NCBI GenBank assembly: GCA_027310625.1
Contig: DAIDAM010000009.1
Coordinates: 1 to 54,187, forward strand
DNA length: 54,187 nt
From: a bacterium
GTDB lineage: Bacteria; Patescibacteriota; Minisyncoccia; UBA6257; 2-01-FULL-56-20
Direction: 5' to 3'
Each line of letters starts with the position of its first letter. Position 1 is the stretch's first letter. This document shows positions 34,820 to 44,599 of the stretch, piece after piece. A program made the position numbers and the translations under genes. The notes below the pieces were generated by a model that saw only the letters and a list, made by a program, of their open reading frames with translations, made no database searches and was not told the origin of the DNA.

Positions 34820-36106
34820 TTACTCAAATTCTATCATTATGGATCCCGTGGTGGTGGAATAATTTATCCCGGTGGAGGTGGAGAATTTGCTGTTGGTCGT
34901 CGTCGCCGGCCCATTCTGCCCCGGTCCGCCCGACCAGTCGGTTTGGATAAACGCCCTGTTCGCGAACCGCGAAAGATAAGTTGAAAAGGAACTCGTCGGC
35001 CCACCGAGCCAGCCGTAGACAACGGTTATTTTCTTCGTGGAAGGGTCATCGCTCCCGCCGCTTGACTGGAGAACATCGCTTCCGCTACGCCCGACGTTAT
35101 CAACGTAAAAATATCTCGTGTAGACGCCGGATTTGTAAATCCGATTGATTTCGGAAGCGGAAAGCGCGCGGTTGTAGATGCGGACGTCGTCGAGCAAACC
35201 GTTATCCTGCGTCATCATGTCAAGAGAATAATTGTTGCTCCCGAGAGTAACGCCGGAACTTGAAGAGGTGGCGTTGAGGACACCGTTTTTGTAGGTGTAA
35301 ACCACAGAGCCATCAAATACGCCCGCGAGAAAATACCACTGACTCTGCGTCAGCGTTCCGAAAGATGCAAAGTACTGCGCGGAACAGCCGGTGCTGTTAT
35401 TTACTCCGAAGCCGTAATATCGGTGCATAAGCCAACCCATAGAAGAGCACCATCCCCTGTTTATAATCCGGTCGTCGCCGGTGTCGCCATTCCATTTGTA
35501 CCAAGTCGTAACCGTTACCTGACTGCTCGTGGGAACAGAACTCGGAACAGTCAGATAGGCGTAGTAAGTTGTGGTTGCCTGAAAATTGAGCGCTCCGCCA
35601 GCAATTCCTGTAGTCGATAACGGCAAGTAACATCCTCCGCCTGAGCAATTGAGGGTGGCATTGTTCCCGTTCCCCGAAAAATCGTAAGCAGCCGTTCCAG
35701 TAGATTCATCGAATTTCCAATACCCGACCAAACTCGACGTCGCCGTCAAGCCGTCAGCGGCAATTCCTTCGGTGCCCGTCACGGCAATGAATGGAGAGCG
35801 AACGGTAACCAAAAAATACTTGTTCGCCGAACTCGTCGCTAAGTTGCTAATGTTGTGCCAGTCGGCTTCGGCGAATGCCCGCGCGTTTTCCAAAAGTTCC
35901 TTTCCGAGTGCAGATGAAACCTGCACCCTGTCCGCGTTCGTGTTCGCGCGGAGCGCCGGAATTATTATCGTCACCGAGCCGGCGATTAAAACGATACCGA
36001 CTGTCAAGGCGATGAGAATCTCAAAAAGCGACTGACCGCGTTTACCAGAGACCAGAGACCAGAGACCAGAAAATAGAATTTTTTTTGTCGATTTTGTTGA
36101 AATCAT
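34820..36106 (-). CDS. Minor pilin with an inserted LamG/concanavalin-A-like domain
   Basis: KRG|QSLFEILIAL prepilin motif; LVGYWKFDE..GT.AYDFSGNGN...LDDVRIYNRALSASEI. Start uncertain (36106 or 36157). Confidence 0.85.
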   Translation of the reverse strand: MISTKSTKKILFSGLWSLVSGKRGQSLFEILIALTVGIVLIAGSVTIIIPALRANTNADRVQVSSALGKELLENARAFAEADWHNISNLATSSANKYFLVTVRSPFIAVTGTEGIAADGLTATSSLVGYWKFDESTGTAAYDFSGNGNNATLNCSGGGCYLPLSTTGIAGGALNFQATTTYYAYLTVPSSVPTSSQVTVTTWYKWNGDTGDDRIINRGWCSSMGWLMHRYYGFGVNNSTGCSAQYFASFGTLTQSQWYFLAGVFDGSVVYTYKNGVLNATSSSSGVTLGSNNYSLDMMTQDNGLLDDVRIYNRALSASEINRIYKSGVYTRYFYVDNVGRSGSDVLQSSGGSDDPSTKKITVVYGWLGGPTSSFSTYLSRFANRAFIQTDWSGGPGQNGPATTTNSKFSTSTGINYSTTTGSIMIEFE

Positions 36107-36204
36107 TTGAATGAATTTCTTATTTATTCCGGTCTCTGGTCGCTTGTCCCTGATCACTTGTCTCTGGTCACTGGTCGCTCGTCTCTGGTTTCTGGTCTCT
36201 AAAG

Positions 36205-36699
36205 TTAAAAGCTCACCGCTCCCGACGAAGCGATATTTATCGTTGAAGAGGAATAAACTGTTCCTCCGCGGTAGGAATAAAGCGTTACTGAAGTTGAGAC
36301 GGAGGCAAGACCGCTCAACTGCGAAAATGTTATATCAAGCGAGGAAGCAGAAGGAACGCTCGCCGTCGCGTAAATGACCGATGGCGGCAGGCGATAATAG
36401 CTGATAGTCGTCGTTTGGGCGTAAGTGGACGAATAAAAAAGCGCGTAGAACGAGCTTGACGTGTTTCCGAAATGCACGCCCCAGGAAGTGCTTGAGGTTT
36501 GCGAGACGGAGCGCGACCTTGCTTCGCGAAGAAGGGACGCCGCCTGCTGAGTCGCGCTGGTGAGCTCCGTCTGCCCCGTCCTTCCGAATAAACTGACGAA
36601 GGCGACGGCGCCAAGGACCGCGATTATCAAAATCACAACCATCAATTCAAAAAGCGTCGTCCCTTTTTCGTTAAAAAACAGCTTCTTCATTTTTCCCAA
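36205..36699 (-). CDS. Minor pilin, FimT/GspH-like
   Basis: KG|TTLFELMVVILII prepilin motif, LREARSRS and WGVHF. Confidence 0.85.
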   Translation of the reverse strand: MGKMKKLFFNEKGTTLFELMVVILIIAVLGAVAFVSLFGRTGQTELTSATQQAASLLREARSRSVSQTSSTSWGVHFGNTSSSFYALFYSSTYAQTTTISYYRLPPSVIYATASVPSASSLDITFSQLSGLASVSTSVTLYSYRGGTVYSSSTINIASSGAVSF

Positions 36700-36722
36700 G
36701 TTCTAAGTCCTAAGTCCTATCT

Positions 36723-37931
36723 TCAGAACTGCGTCGTCAGCTGATAAATCGGGACGATTATCGCCAGCGCTATCGCGCCGACGATAATTCCCATAATTAA
36801 AAGAATCGCCGGTTCCAAAAGCGAAACCAGCGTTTTTATTCCCGCTTCCACATTTGTTTCGTAAAACTCGGCGATGGTCTTCAAAACTTCGTCCAAGTGG
36901 CCCGCTTTTTCGGAAATCGCTATCAGATTGACAACGACGTTCGGGAAAACATGTTCGCGTTTGAAAGCGTCGCCCATCGTCATACCCTTGGCAAGCCCTT
37001 CGTTTGCAATTCTTTTCAAACTTATTTTGAAGCTGTCCGCCTGCACAACTTCCGCCGTTATATTCATTGACTGAATTATCGGCAGGCCCGCTCCCATGAG
37101 CGAACTCAAGGTGTAGGCGAAGCTCTGTATCGCCATACTCCTGTAAATGTTTCTTACAAGCGGGAGATGTTCAAGGAGGCGGCTGAATATCGCACGGCCG
37201 ATCGGGTTTCTCCAGAAAAACCATAAAAAAAATGAAACTATGGAAACAAGAAGAATTGAGATGACAATAATGTTGTTGCCTATGAAAAGCCCGATTCCGA
37301 AAACTATCCTTGAGAACGTCGGCGGCTTTATACCCGCTTCAGTGAAAGAACCGGATATTTTCGGCAAAGCAAAAGTAACAAGAAAACCGACTATGACAAC
37401 GGCCATTACCGAAAGAATTATGGGGTAAATCAGGACGGAGCGTATTTTGCTTCTCAATTCCGCCTCGCGCTGAAGAGACACGCTCAAGTCCTCAAATGTC
37501 TTTTGGAGATTTCCCGAGACCTCAGCCGCTTTGATCAAATTTATAAAAACAACCGAGAAACCCCTTGGATACCTCGCAAACGCCTGGTAAAACGGCAGCC
37601 CCTTGCTCAAATTTTCCCTCACCTCTATCAAAAAATTTCTCATCGCCGGCTTTTCAAAGTCGGCTATCAAAATGTTTATCGCCGAAAGAAGGTCGGTGCC
37701 GACCTTGAGCATAAGCGACAGGTACTTCGTCAAAAAAAGTTTATCGGACAAGGTTATTCTTCCGCCCAAAAGGCCGAAAAACTTCGCTTTCACTTCCTTT
37801 ATCGGTTTAACGGAAAGGGGTTTCAGTTCCTTCTGCGAAAGAAAAGCGAGTACCTGCTGAAGATTATCCGCCTCCATTTCTGAGCGGATTATTTTCCCGT
37901 ATTTGTCCGCGGCGGAGTATTCGTAAAGCAT
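36723..37931 (-). CDS. pilC: Type IV pilus inner-membrane platform protein (GspF/PilC)
   Basis: AAEVSGNL, LIYP, SEKAGHLDEVL, LLEP and IIVPIY. Confidence 0.92.
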   Translation of the reverse strand: MLYEYSAADKYGKIIRSEMEADNLQQVLAFLSQKELKPLSVKPIKEVKAKFFGLLGGRITLSDKLFLTKYLSLMLKVGTDLLSAINILIADFEKPAMRNFLIEVRENLSKGLPFYQAFARYPRGFSVVFINLIKAAEVSGNLQKTFEDLSVSLQREAELRSKIRSVLIYPIILSVMAVVIVGFLVTFALPKISGSFTEAGIKPPTFSRIVFGIGLFIGNNIIVISILLVSIVSFFLWFFWRNPIGRAIFSRLLEHLPLVRNIYRSMAIQSFAYTLSSLMGAGLPIIQSMNITAEVVQADSFKISLKRIANEGLAKGMTMGDAFKREHVFPNVVVNLIAISEKAGHLDEVLKTIAEFYETNVEAGIKTLVSLLEPAILLIMGIIVGAIALAIIVPIYQLTTQF

Positions 37932-38042
37932 GGATTTATCAACGAATATCTAATCTCATTGCGAATCTACGAATTTATTATAAGTTAATTTCATAAATTT
38001 ATCATTCGCACATTCGTAATTAAATTCGCTATTCGCTGATGA

Positions 38043-39752
38043 TTACTCGCGTATGACGCGCAGCACTTCCTCAATCGTGGTTTTTCCGAGCTGGACCTTG
38101 TATAACCCGTCTTCAAACATCGTTTTAAATCCTTTTTTGCTGATTTCTCTTCTTACGTTGTCTAAACTGAAATCCGCGCTGACTATCAGGTGCTTAACGT
38201 CTTCACCTACTTCCAAGACCTCAAAAATTCCCGTTCGCCCGCGATACCCCGACATATTGCACGCTTGACACCCCTTGCCCTTGTAAATGACATCGGGAAT
38301 TTCCGTACCCTCCGCATTCAATTCCTTAAGCTGTTTTTTTATGAGTTCTCTCACCTCGGGCGGGGTATCGTAGGAGTAAACGCACTGCTCGCAGATTTTT
38401 CTCACAAGCCGCTGGGCGATGATGAGATTAAGAACCGCCGCGACAAGGAAGGGCGGGACTTCCAGGTCAAAAAGACGGGGAATTGCCGTCGGCGCGTCGT
38501 TGGTGTGAAGCGAAGAAAGAATCAGGTGACCCGTGAGAGACGATTGAACGGCGATTCCCGCTGTCTCGCTGTCCCTGATTTCGCCGACCATGATGATGTT
38601 CGGGTCCTGACGAAGAATGGAGCGGAGGCCGCTCGCGAAAGTGATTCCAGCCGCCGGATTTATCTGCGTTTGGTTGACATACCTGATGTTGTACTCTATC
38701 GGGTCTTCAATCGTCGTGATATTGACCGTCGGTTTGTTGAGAATTCCCATCATTGCATAAAGCGTGGTCGTTTTTCCGGAACCCGTAGGGCCGCATGAAA
38801 CTATCATTCCGTATGATTTTTTGAGGTTCTCCGCGACAATCTTCGCGGTTTGCTCCGTCATTCCGAGCTCTTCCAGGGAGAGAGGTTTCTGTGTGGACTC
38901 CAAAAGACGCAATTCAAGCTTCTCGCCGTAAAAAGTCGGTATCACGGAAACGCGGATGTCTATGAATTGATTTGGAAGCGGATAGCGGAATCTTCCGTCC
39001 TGCGGTTTGTAGTGTTCGTCAATCTTCAATCCGGAAAGAATTTTCAGGCGCGCGGTGAGCGCGGAGTGGACTTCCTTCGGGATTCTTAAAATCTCGTAGA
39101 GTATTCCGTCTATTCTGTATCTTATAAGCGTGTCCTTCTCAAGAATTTCTATATGAATGTCGGAAGCGCGGAGGGAAACGGCGTAGGAAATCAGATTGTC
39201 CACAATGGAAATTATCGGGACCTGAAGAGACGCTTCTTCAAGAGTCCGGCTCGCGCTTTTCAAGGACGCCTGGACGTTTTCCTCTATTATCTTTTTGAAG
39301 TCAAGCGTCAGCCTTTCTCCGTAGACGGAAAAAACGCGGTCCATATCCTCTTCGCTCGCGAGGTACGGTTTTATCTTTCCGTTAAGTCGTCCTTCCAAAA
39401 ATTCAATCGTTTCAAGGTCGTTCGGGTCGGCCATGGCGACGTCAAAAGTTCCGTCGGGCTCCTTCATAAAGGCGACCGCCTGCCTTTGGCGGGCTATTTC
39501 CTCGGGCAGTATTCTCACGACTTTTTCGTCCACGTTCATCACGGAAAAGTCGGCTATACCGACCCCGAGTGTCTCCGCTATGAACTGATTGAGGAAGCTC
39601 CGCTTTACAAACCCCTCGGAGATGAGTTTGTCTATCACGTCTTCGCCTTTCCGCTTCGCCTCCGTAGCCAAAGAGTCAAACTCGCCTTCGGAAATGAGAT
39701 TTTCCTGAACGAGTTTTCTTTTGAGCTGGTCTATTGATACGGGAAGACTCAT
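38043..39752 (-). CDS. pilB: Type IV pilus assembly ATPase (GspE/PilB)
   Basis: ASDIHIE, PQDGR, GPTGSGKTTTLY, TIEDPIEY, LRQDPNIIMVGEIRD, SSLHTN and two CxxC motifs. Confidence 0.95.
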   Translation of the reverse strand: MSLPVSIDQLKRKLVQENLISEGEFDSLATEAKRKGEDVIDKLISEGFVKRSFLNQFIAETLGVGIADFSVMNVDEKVVRILPEEIARQRQAVAFMKEPDGTFDVAMADPNDLETIEFLEGRLNGKIKPYLASEEDMDRVFSVYGERLTLDFKKIIEENVQASLKSASRTLEEASLQVPIISIVDNLISYAVSLRASDIHIEILEKDTLIRYRIDGILYEILRIPKEVHSALTARLKILSGLKIDEHYKPQDGRFRYPLPNQFIDIRVSVIPTFYGEKLELRLLESTQKPLSLEELGMTEQTAKIVAENLKKSYGMIVSCGPTGSGKTTTLYAMMGILNKPTVNITTIEDPIEYNIRYVNQTQINPAAGITFASGLRSILRQDPNIIMVGEIRDSETAGIAVQSSLTGHLILSSLHTNDAPTAIPRLFDLEVPPFLVAAVLNLIIAQRLVRKICEQCVYSYDTPPEVRELIKKQLKELNAEGTEIPDVIYKGKGCQACNMSGYRGRTGIFEVLEVGEDVKHLIVSADFSLDNVRREISKKGFKTMFEDGLYKVQLGKTTIEEVLRVIRE

Positions 39753-39873
39753 AAAAGTAAAATCATAAATAATGAATCTGAAATTCTAAATAAATCACAA
39801 ACTACAAAAAGTTTGGGATTTTGAATTTTATGCTTCGAATTTCCGCTGCCGCGCATATCTCGCGACAAAATCC

Positions 39874-40446
39874 CTAAATAACGAACATATTCAGAATAGA
39901 CAGAGGCACAAAACTCTTAACCAGTATAGCAAAAACGGCAACGGGCAGCCATAAATAAAAAAGAGGCGCGCGCCCCTTTTTCAAAAGCGAGTAAGCGAGC
40001 GCGAGTGAAACTCCCGAAACGAGCACAAGCGGGATGTAAATGAAAAGTCCGGGATAGCCCGACAAAAAAACTCCGAGCGCAAAAAGCCATCCTTCCTCTT
40101 TTTCAAAAAACCTTTCACCGGAACGGCGGTTCAAAAATTCGGAGGCATATTTCAAAAAAATCGCGGAAACGAAGGCGACGACTATCGGCAGGAAAATTCT
40201 CACGCCGACGTAGGAAAGAAAATAATTCCAGTTCGCGTGTGGCGGGAGAAGGTAAGCGGAAAGTTCGTTCACTCTCCATACGTTGTATTGCGCATACGAA
40301 AGAAAAATAGATGTTGAAAGCTCCGCCGCCACCGCGGAGAAAAAAATTGTCTTTACGTATTTTTTGAAAAACGCGCGGCCGCTGAAAACTTGCGCTGACG
40401 CCGCAAAAAAGAGGAGTAGGATGCCGAATTTGTCAGCGACAGCCAT
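39874..40446 (-). CDS. Hypothetical membrane protein in the pilus cluster (possibly a divergent A24 prepilin-peptidase C-terminal-like protein)
   Basis: Multi-TM 190-aa ORF between the pilins and pilB; no clear catalytic Asp motif. Confidence 0.6.
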   Translation of the reverse strand: MAVADKFGILLLFFAASAQVFSGRAFFKKYVKTIFFSAVAAELSTSIFLSYAQYNVWRVNELSAYLLPPHANWNYFLSYVGVRIFLPIVVAFVSAIFLKYASEFLNRRSGERFFEKEEGWLFALGVFLSGYPGLFIYIPLVLVSGVSLALAYSLLKKGRAPLFYLWLPVAVFAILVKSFVPLSILNMFVI

Positions 40447-40449
40447 AAA

Positions 40450-41052
40450 TCAAAGTGAGAGATTTGTGCCTACCTCGTATACAGTATTATTCGTTCCGCC
40501 GTCGGTTGATTCCACGTCCGCCGTGCCGCTCGCCGAATATTTCGTGCTTTCCATCTTGGCGTCGATTTCGAACTGCAAGCTTGTGGACGTGTTCGTCGCG
40601 TAGCTGTAAAAGTAGGTGGCGTTGTTAATGGGATCAACCGGTTCTTTTCCAAGCGGCGTTCCGGTGCCGATGGCATTGAAGTTGACGGGTATCCAGCCCG
40701 TGCCGTTGACCGCCGTCGAACTCGCGACGGTCGTCGTTACCACGCTTGTGTCGCTCCCTGACATCCTGCCGCAACCGAGAGTGTTCGGGGTCGCCGGCGC
40801 GGAACCGTAACAGACGTTGGCGTTGCCCAAACTTGGCGAGCTGACGTCCTGAAGGTAAAACGAGATGGCGCTCCGGAGAGTGTCGAGGTCTGTGAGGCGT
40901 TGCGAGTCCCTCGCCTGCTTCAGTATCTGCGCCGGATTGAGCGTGATAACGGAAATCACCGCGAGAATCGCGAGAATTGCGACAACTATCAGGAGCTCAA
41001 TGAGCGTGAATCCCTTTTGCACGGAATTCTTAGAATCTCCAACTGTCTTCAT
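40450..41052 (-). CDS. Type IV pilin (paralogue 2)
   Basis: KG|FTLIELLIVVAILAIL, QARDSQRLTDL and PVDPIN. Confidence 0.92.
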   Translation of the reverse strand: MKTVGDSKNSVQKGFTLIELLIVVAILAILAVISVITLNPAQILKQARDSQRLTDLDTLRSAISFYLQDVSSPSLGNANVCYGSAPATPNTLGCGRMSGSDTSVVTTTVASSTAVNGTGWIPVNFNAIGTGTPLGKEPVDPINNATYFYSYATNTSTSLQFEIDAKMESTKYSASGTADVESTDGGTNNTVYEVGTNLSL

Positions 41053-41152
41053 TCAGAAAATTATAACAAATTGCGATATATCTTTCCCGTGAAACAAGGG
41101 AAAGCGCTTTTGTGAAAAGCTAAACGGCACGAAAAAGGTTTTTGTACAAAAA

Positions 41153-41743
41153 TCAGAGTGCGAGGTCCGTACCCACTTCGTACACACCCACGTTATCTCC
41201 TCCGTCAGTTGATTCAACATCACTGGGCCCACTTGAAGCGTACCTCGTGCTTTCCATATCGGCGTCTATCTCGAACTGAAAATTAGGATAGGCGTTGGTC
41301 GCGTAGCTGTAAAAATAAGTGGCGTTATTTACCGGGTCAATCGGCAGAGTGCCGAAGGGCGCGCCGGTGCTTATCGCCGAAAAATTCGTCTTTATCCACC
41401 CCGTACCGTCAACTTTGTTAGCATTCGCTGCCGTCGTGCTGACAATCGTCGTGTCGCCGGAAGCCATTCTACCGCACCCTGCGGTTGTCGTACCGACGCC
41501 GGGCGCAGTAGAGATGTAACACGTGCTTGAGTTGCCGAGCGCGTTCTGTGCGGGGCTTAAAACATCAGAAAGGTAGAAGCTTAACGCAGTTCTTATAGTC
41601 CCTAAATCGCTTATCCTCTGGGAATCTCTCGCCTGCCTGAGTATCTGCGCGGGGTTTATCGTAATAATCACAACCACAGAAAGAACGACGATAATCGCTA
41701 TGACTATCAGGAGTTCGATGAGGGTAAAACCTTTTTTCTCCAT
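41153..41743 (-). CDS. Type IV pilin (paralogue 1)
   Basis: KKG|FTLIELLIVIAII, QARDSQRISDL and LPIDPVN. Confidence 0.92.
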   Translation of the reverse strand: MEKKGFTLIELLIVIAIIVVLSVVVIITINPAQILRQARDSQRISDLGTIRTALSFYLSDVLSPAQNALGNSSTCYISTAPGVGTTTAGCGRMASGDTTIVSTTAANANKVDGTGWIKTNFSAISTGAPFGTLPIDPVNNATYFYSYATNAYPNFQFEIDADMESTRYASSGPSDVESTDGGDNVGVYEVGTDLAL

Positions 41744-41768
41744 TTTTGGTTATTTTTTACTTGGCGTA

Positions 41769-41801
41769 ATTATAACAAATCGTTTTTTTTTTTTTTTTTT
41801 T
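41769..41801 (-). promoter_or_regulatory. Pilin promoter: extended -10 (TGTTATAAT) preceded by an A19 tract
   Basis: Minus strand A19-CGATTTGTTATAAT. The same TTTGTTATAATT lies upstream of the second pilin (41059-41070). Confidence 0.6.
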
Positions 41802-41834
41802 ACTTACCTGTGGAAAAGTAAAAAAAACGAGAAA

Positions 41835-42611
41835 TTACAGCGTAAAATCGCTTTCCGGCTCCGCTTCCAGCTTGACTCTTGCGCCCTGCGCGAGGCCCGC
41901 TTTGTCGGGCAGGGAAAACTCAAGAGAATAAGCGTGGAGCATCAAGCGTTTGGCGAAGTGGTTTTCTTTTCTTCTTCCGTATAAGTCGTCGCCGACGACA
42001 GGGTGGCCAATGGACGCCAAATGGACTCTTATCTGGTGCGTTCTTCCCGTCAGCGGACGGACTTCAAGAAGCGAAAACTCATTTCCGTCGCGCGTGAAAG
42101 TTTTTTTTACCTCGTATTCCGTCACGGCGCTTTTTATCATTTTCTCCGAATGAACGCTTCTTTTTACCGAGCCGTTTTTGATTCCGATCGCTTTTTCTAT
42201 TCTCCCTTTTTTCTCTTTTGGGGTTCTGAAAACAACCGCAAGATAAGTTTTTCTAATCTTTCTTTCTTTAAAAAGCGATTTTATGTATTCGAAAAATTTT
42301 TGGTTTCGCGGGATAATCATTACTCCCGAAGTTTCTTTGTCGAGGCGGTGGACGATTCCGGGACGCATCGCCGGGTCGTCACCGATATTTCTTACCTCCG
42401 GATATCTTTTCAACAACCAGTCAACTAACGTCGCGGATGCACGCGGATAGCTACGCAGATTCTCGCGGACAACATCCGCGTTTATCCGCGCTTTATCATC
42501 TGCGCTTATCCGCCCGTTATCTGCGTTAGTCCGCGTTTTGTGAACGAGCATCCCCGCCGGCTTGGAAACCGCGACGAAATCCTTGTCCTCGTAAATTACC
42601 TTGGGCGCCAT
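41835..42611 (-). CDS. RluA-family pseudouridine synthase with in-frame repeat insertions
   Basis: KPAGMLVH, GIVHRLDKETSG, TGRTHQIRVH, GHPVVGDDLYG and LMLHA. Confidence 0.94.
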   Translation of the reverse strand: MAPKVIYEDKDFVAVSKPAGMLVHKTRTNADNGRISADDKARINADVVRENLRSYPRASATLVDWLLKRYPEVRNIGDDPAMRPGIVHRLDKETSGVMIIPRNQKFFEYIKSLFKERKIRKTYLAVVFRTPKEKKGRIEKAIGIKNGSVKRSVHSEKMIKSAVTEYEVKKTFTRDGNEFSLLEVRPLTGRTHQIRVHLASIGHPVVGDDLYGRRKENHFAKRLMLHAYSLEFSLPDKAGLAQGARVKLEAEPESDFTL

Positions 42612-42700
42612 TGGAAAGTTAAAATGTTCGAAGTTTGAGTTGTTCGAAGTTTACGAGTGCGCCTTTTTTATTTCAATTCGAACAATTCGAACCCCAAACA

Positions 42701-43840
42701 CTAAAACAGATTAACCACGTCTCTCACGGTTATTATCACCATCAAAAACAAAAGCAGCGCGAACCCAAAGCTATTGATGAGCGACTGCGTTTTGACGGAA
42801 ACCGGAGAACCTTTGAGCTTCTCGATGATTATCAAAAACAGCCGTCCGCCGTCGAGCGCCGGGAAGGGGATGAGATTAAGGACGGCAAGGTTGAGGGAAA
42901 TAAAAGCGATGAGCTGAAAAAGATAAATTATCCCCAGCTCTCCGGTTTTTTGCGCAATGGCAAAAATCCCCACCGGGCCGACGACGCCTGCAAGCAACGA
43001 CCCGCGCAAAATCAAATTCTTCAAAAGCTCGTAGAACGCCGCGAATGTCGCACCGCTAATGTAAATTGACTCTTTGAAGCCGGCAACAAGCGCCGAGAAA
43101 AACCCCAGCGGCTTGATTCCCGACTCGGAAAATTCTACTCCCAGCGCTCCTTCGCCTTGTTTAGTGGAAACCCGCGGCACCGCCTTGAACTCCAGTTCTT
43201 TTCCGCCGCGGATTATTTGGAGATTGATTTCTTGCCCGCGGTTCTTATTCACAAAATTGCGGAAGTTGTCGGCGGTGGAATAATTTTTTATGATGTCGCC
43301 CGCGGCAATCCCAGCTTTTTCAGCCGGCGAGCCAACCTGAACGCCGCCGACCACTATCGCCGAGGAGGGCGCGCCGAGCATGAAAACTACCGAGAGTAGA
43401 AACCAGCCAATGGCAAAATTAACCGAAACGCCGCTCGCGATTACGACAAAACGCTTCCAAGCCGGCTGAAAAAGGAAGTATTTTTTCTTTTCTTCGGGAG
43501 AAAGTTCTCCGAGTTTTTCGGGACTGGTTATTTGTTCCTCCTCGCCGGCGATTTTCACGAATCCGCCGAAAGGTAAAAAATTGAAGCTATACTCGGTCTC
43601 GTCCTCCCAAGTTTCGCCACTTGCCCCACTAAATTTGCTTGGCAAATTTTTAGGGGTGAACGAAATTTGGGAGGACAAACCCTTTTTGCGCTTAAATCGC
43701 CATGCTTTTATCCGCGGCGGGAAGCCAAAGCCGAACTCGCTTACCTTGATACCGAAGAATTTAGCCGCAAAAAAATGTCCGGCCTCGTGCCCGAGAATCA
43801 GAATTGATAAACTGATGATGACAATAAAGGCGATGAGCAT
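42701..43840 (-). CDS. rseP: Site-2 (M50) metalloprotease with PDZ domain, RseP-like
   Basis: HEAGH, LPFGGFV, GSPAEKAGI and NLIPFPALDGG. Confidence 0.92.
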   Translation of the reverse strand: MLIAFIVIISLSILILGHEAGHFFAAKFFGIKVSEFGFGFPPRIKAWRFKRKKGLSSQISFTPKNLPSKFSGASGETWEDETEYSFNFLPFGGFVKIAGEEEQITSPEKLGELSPEEKKKYFLFQPAWKRFVVIASGVSVNFAIGWFLLSVVFMLGAPSSAIVVGGVQVGSPAEKAGIAAGDIIKNYSTADNFRNFVNKNRGQEINLQIIRGGKELEFKAVPRVSTKQGEGALGVEFSESGIKPLGFFSALVAGFKESIYISGATFAAFYELLKNLILRGSLLAGVVGPVGIFAIAQKTGELGIIYLFQLIAFISLNLAVLNLIPFPALDGGRLFLIIIEKLKGSPVSVKTQSLINSFGFALLLFLMVIITVRDVVNLF

Positions 43841-43964
43841 GATTTCAATCTTACGAAATTACGAAACGGCGCGAAAGTACGAAAATCGAATATAAAACGG
43901 AAAACTTGTTAATCCAATGCTATAATTTCGTATTTTCGTATTATTTCGTACTTTCGTAAGTGAA

Positions 43965-44519
43965 CTATTCCTCAATTTCCTTAATCTTGTCCTTCAGCGC
44001 ATCTTCAACTTTTTTGTTCGTTTCGTCAACCAATTTTTGAATTTTATCCTTCGCTTTGAAAAGCTCGTCTTCAGTTATTTCTCCTTTTTCCTCCGAGGTT
44101 TTCAATCTTTTTATGCACTCGTCGCGGTGGCTGCGGAGTTTTATTCTGAACGCCTCCGCCGCCTTTCCTGCAAGCTTCACAAGTTCTTTTCTCCTTTCAT
44201 CGGTGAGAACGGGCAGCGAGGCGCGTATCACGCTCCCTTCCGTTGAAACGCTGAATCCCGATTTCGCGTCATCAATCGCCTTCGCCACGTGCTGAACCGC
44301 GTTCTTATCCCAAACGTGTATTTCAATTTCGCGCGGCGGGCGGAGGTTGAGAGAACCGAGTTGCTTTACGCTCATCGCCTGCCCGTAATATTCAACTTTC
44401 ACATTTTCAAGAAACTCAACCGAGGGACGATTGCCGCGAACCGCCCCCAGTTCTTCCTTAAACAAATCGAAGGACTTATTGAGAATTGATTCCAAATCTT
44501 TGAGTGTTTTATCAAACAT
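43965..44519 (-). CDS. frr: Ribosome recycling factor
   Basis: VRGNRPS, VEYYG, P.LTDERRKELVK and GEITEDE. Confidence 0.93.
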   Translation of the reverse strand: MFDKTLKDLESILNKSFDLFKEELGAVRGNRPSVEFLENVKVEYYGQAMSVKQLGSLNLRPPREIEIHVWDKNAVQHVAKAIDDAKSGFSVSTEGSVIRASLPVLTDERRKELVKLAGKAAEAFRIKLRSHRDECIKRLKTSEEKGEITEDELFKAKDKIQKLVDETNKKVEDALKDKIKEIEE

Positions 44520-44599
44520 TGAATTTAATTAAGACACTAGTCATCAGACATCAGTAATCAGTAGTTGAAGTATTTTAATGTCTAGTGTCTGATGTCTGA

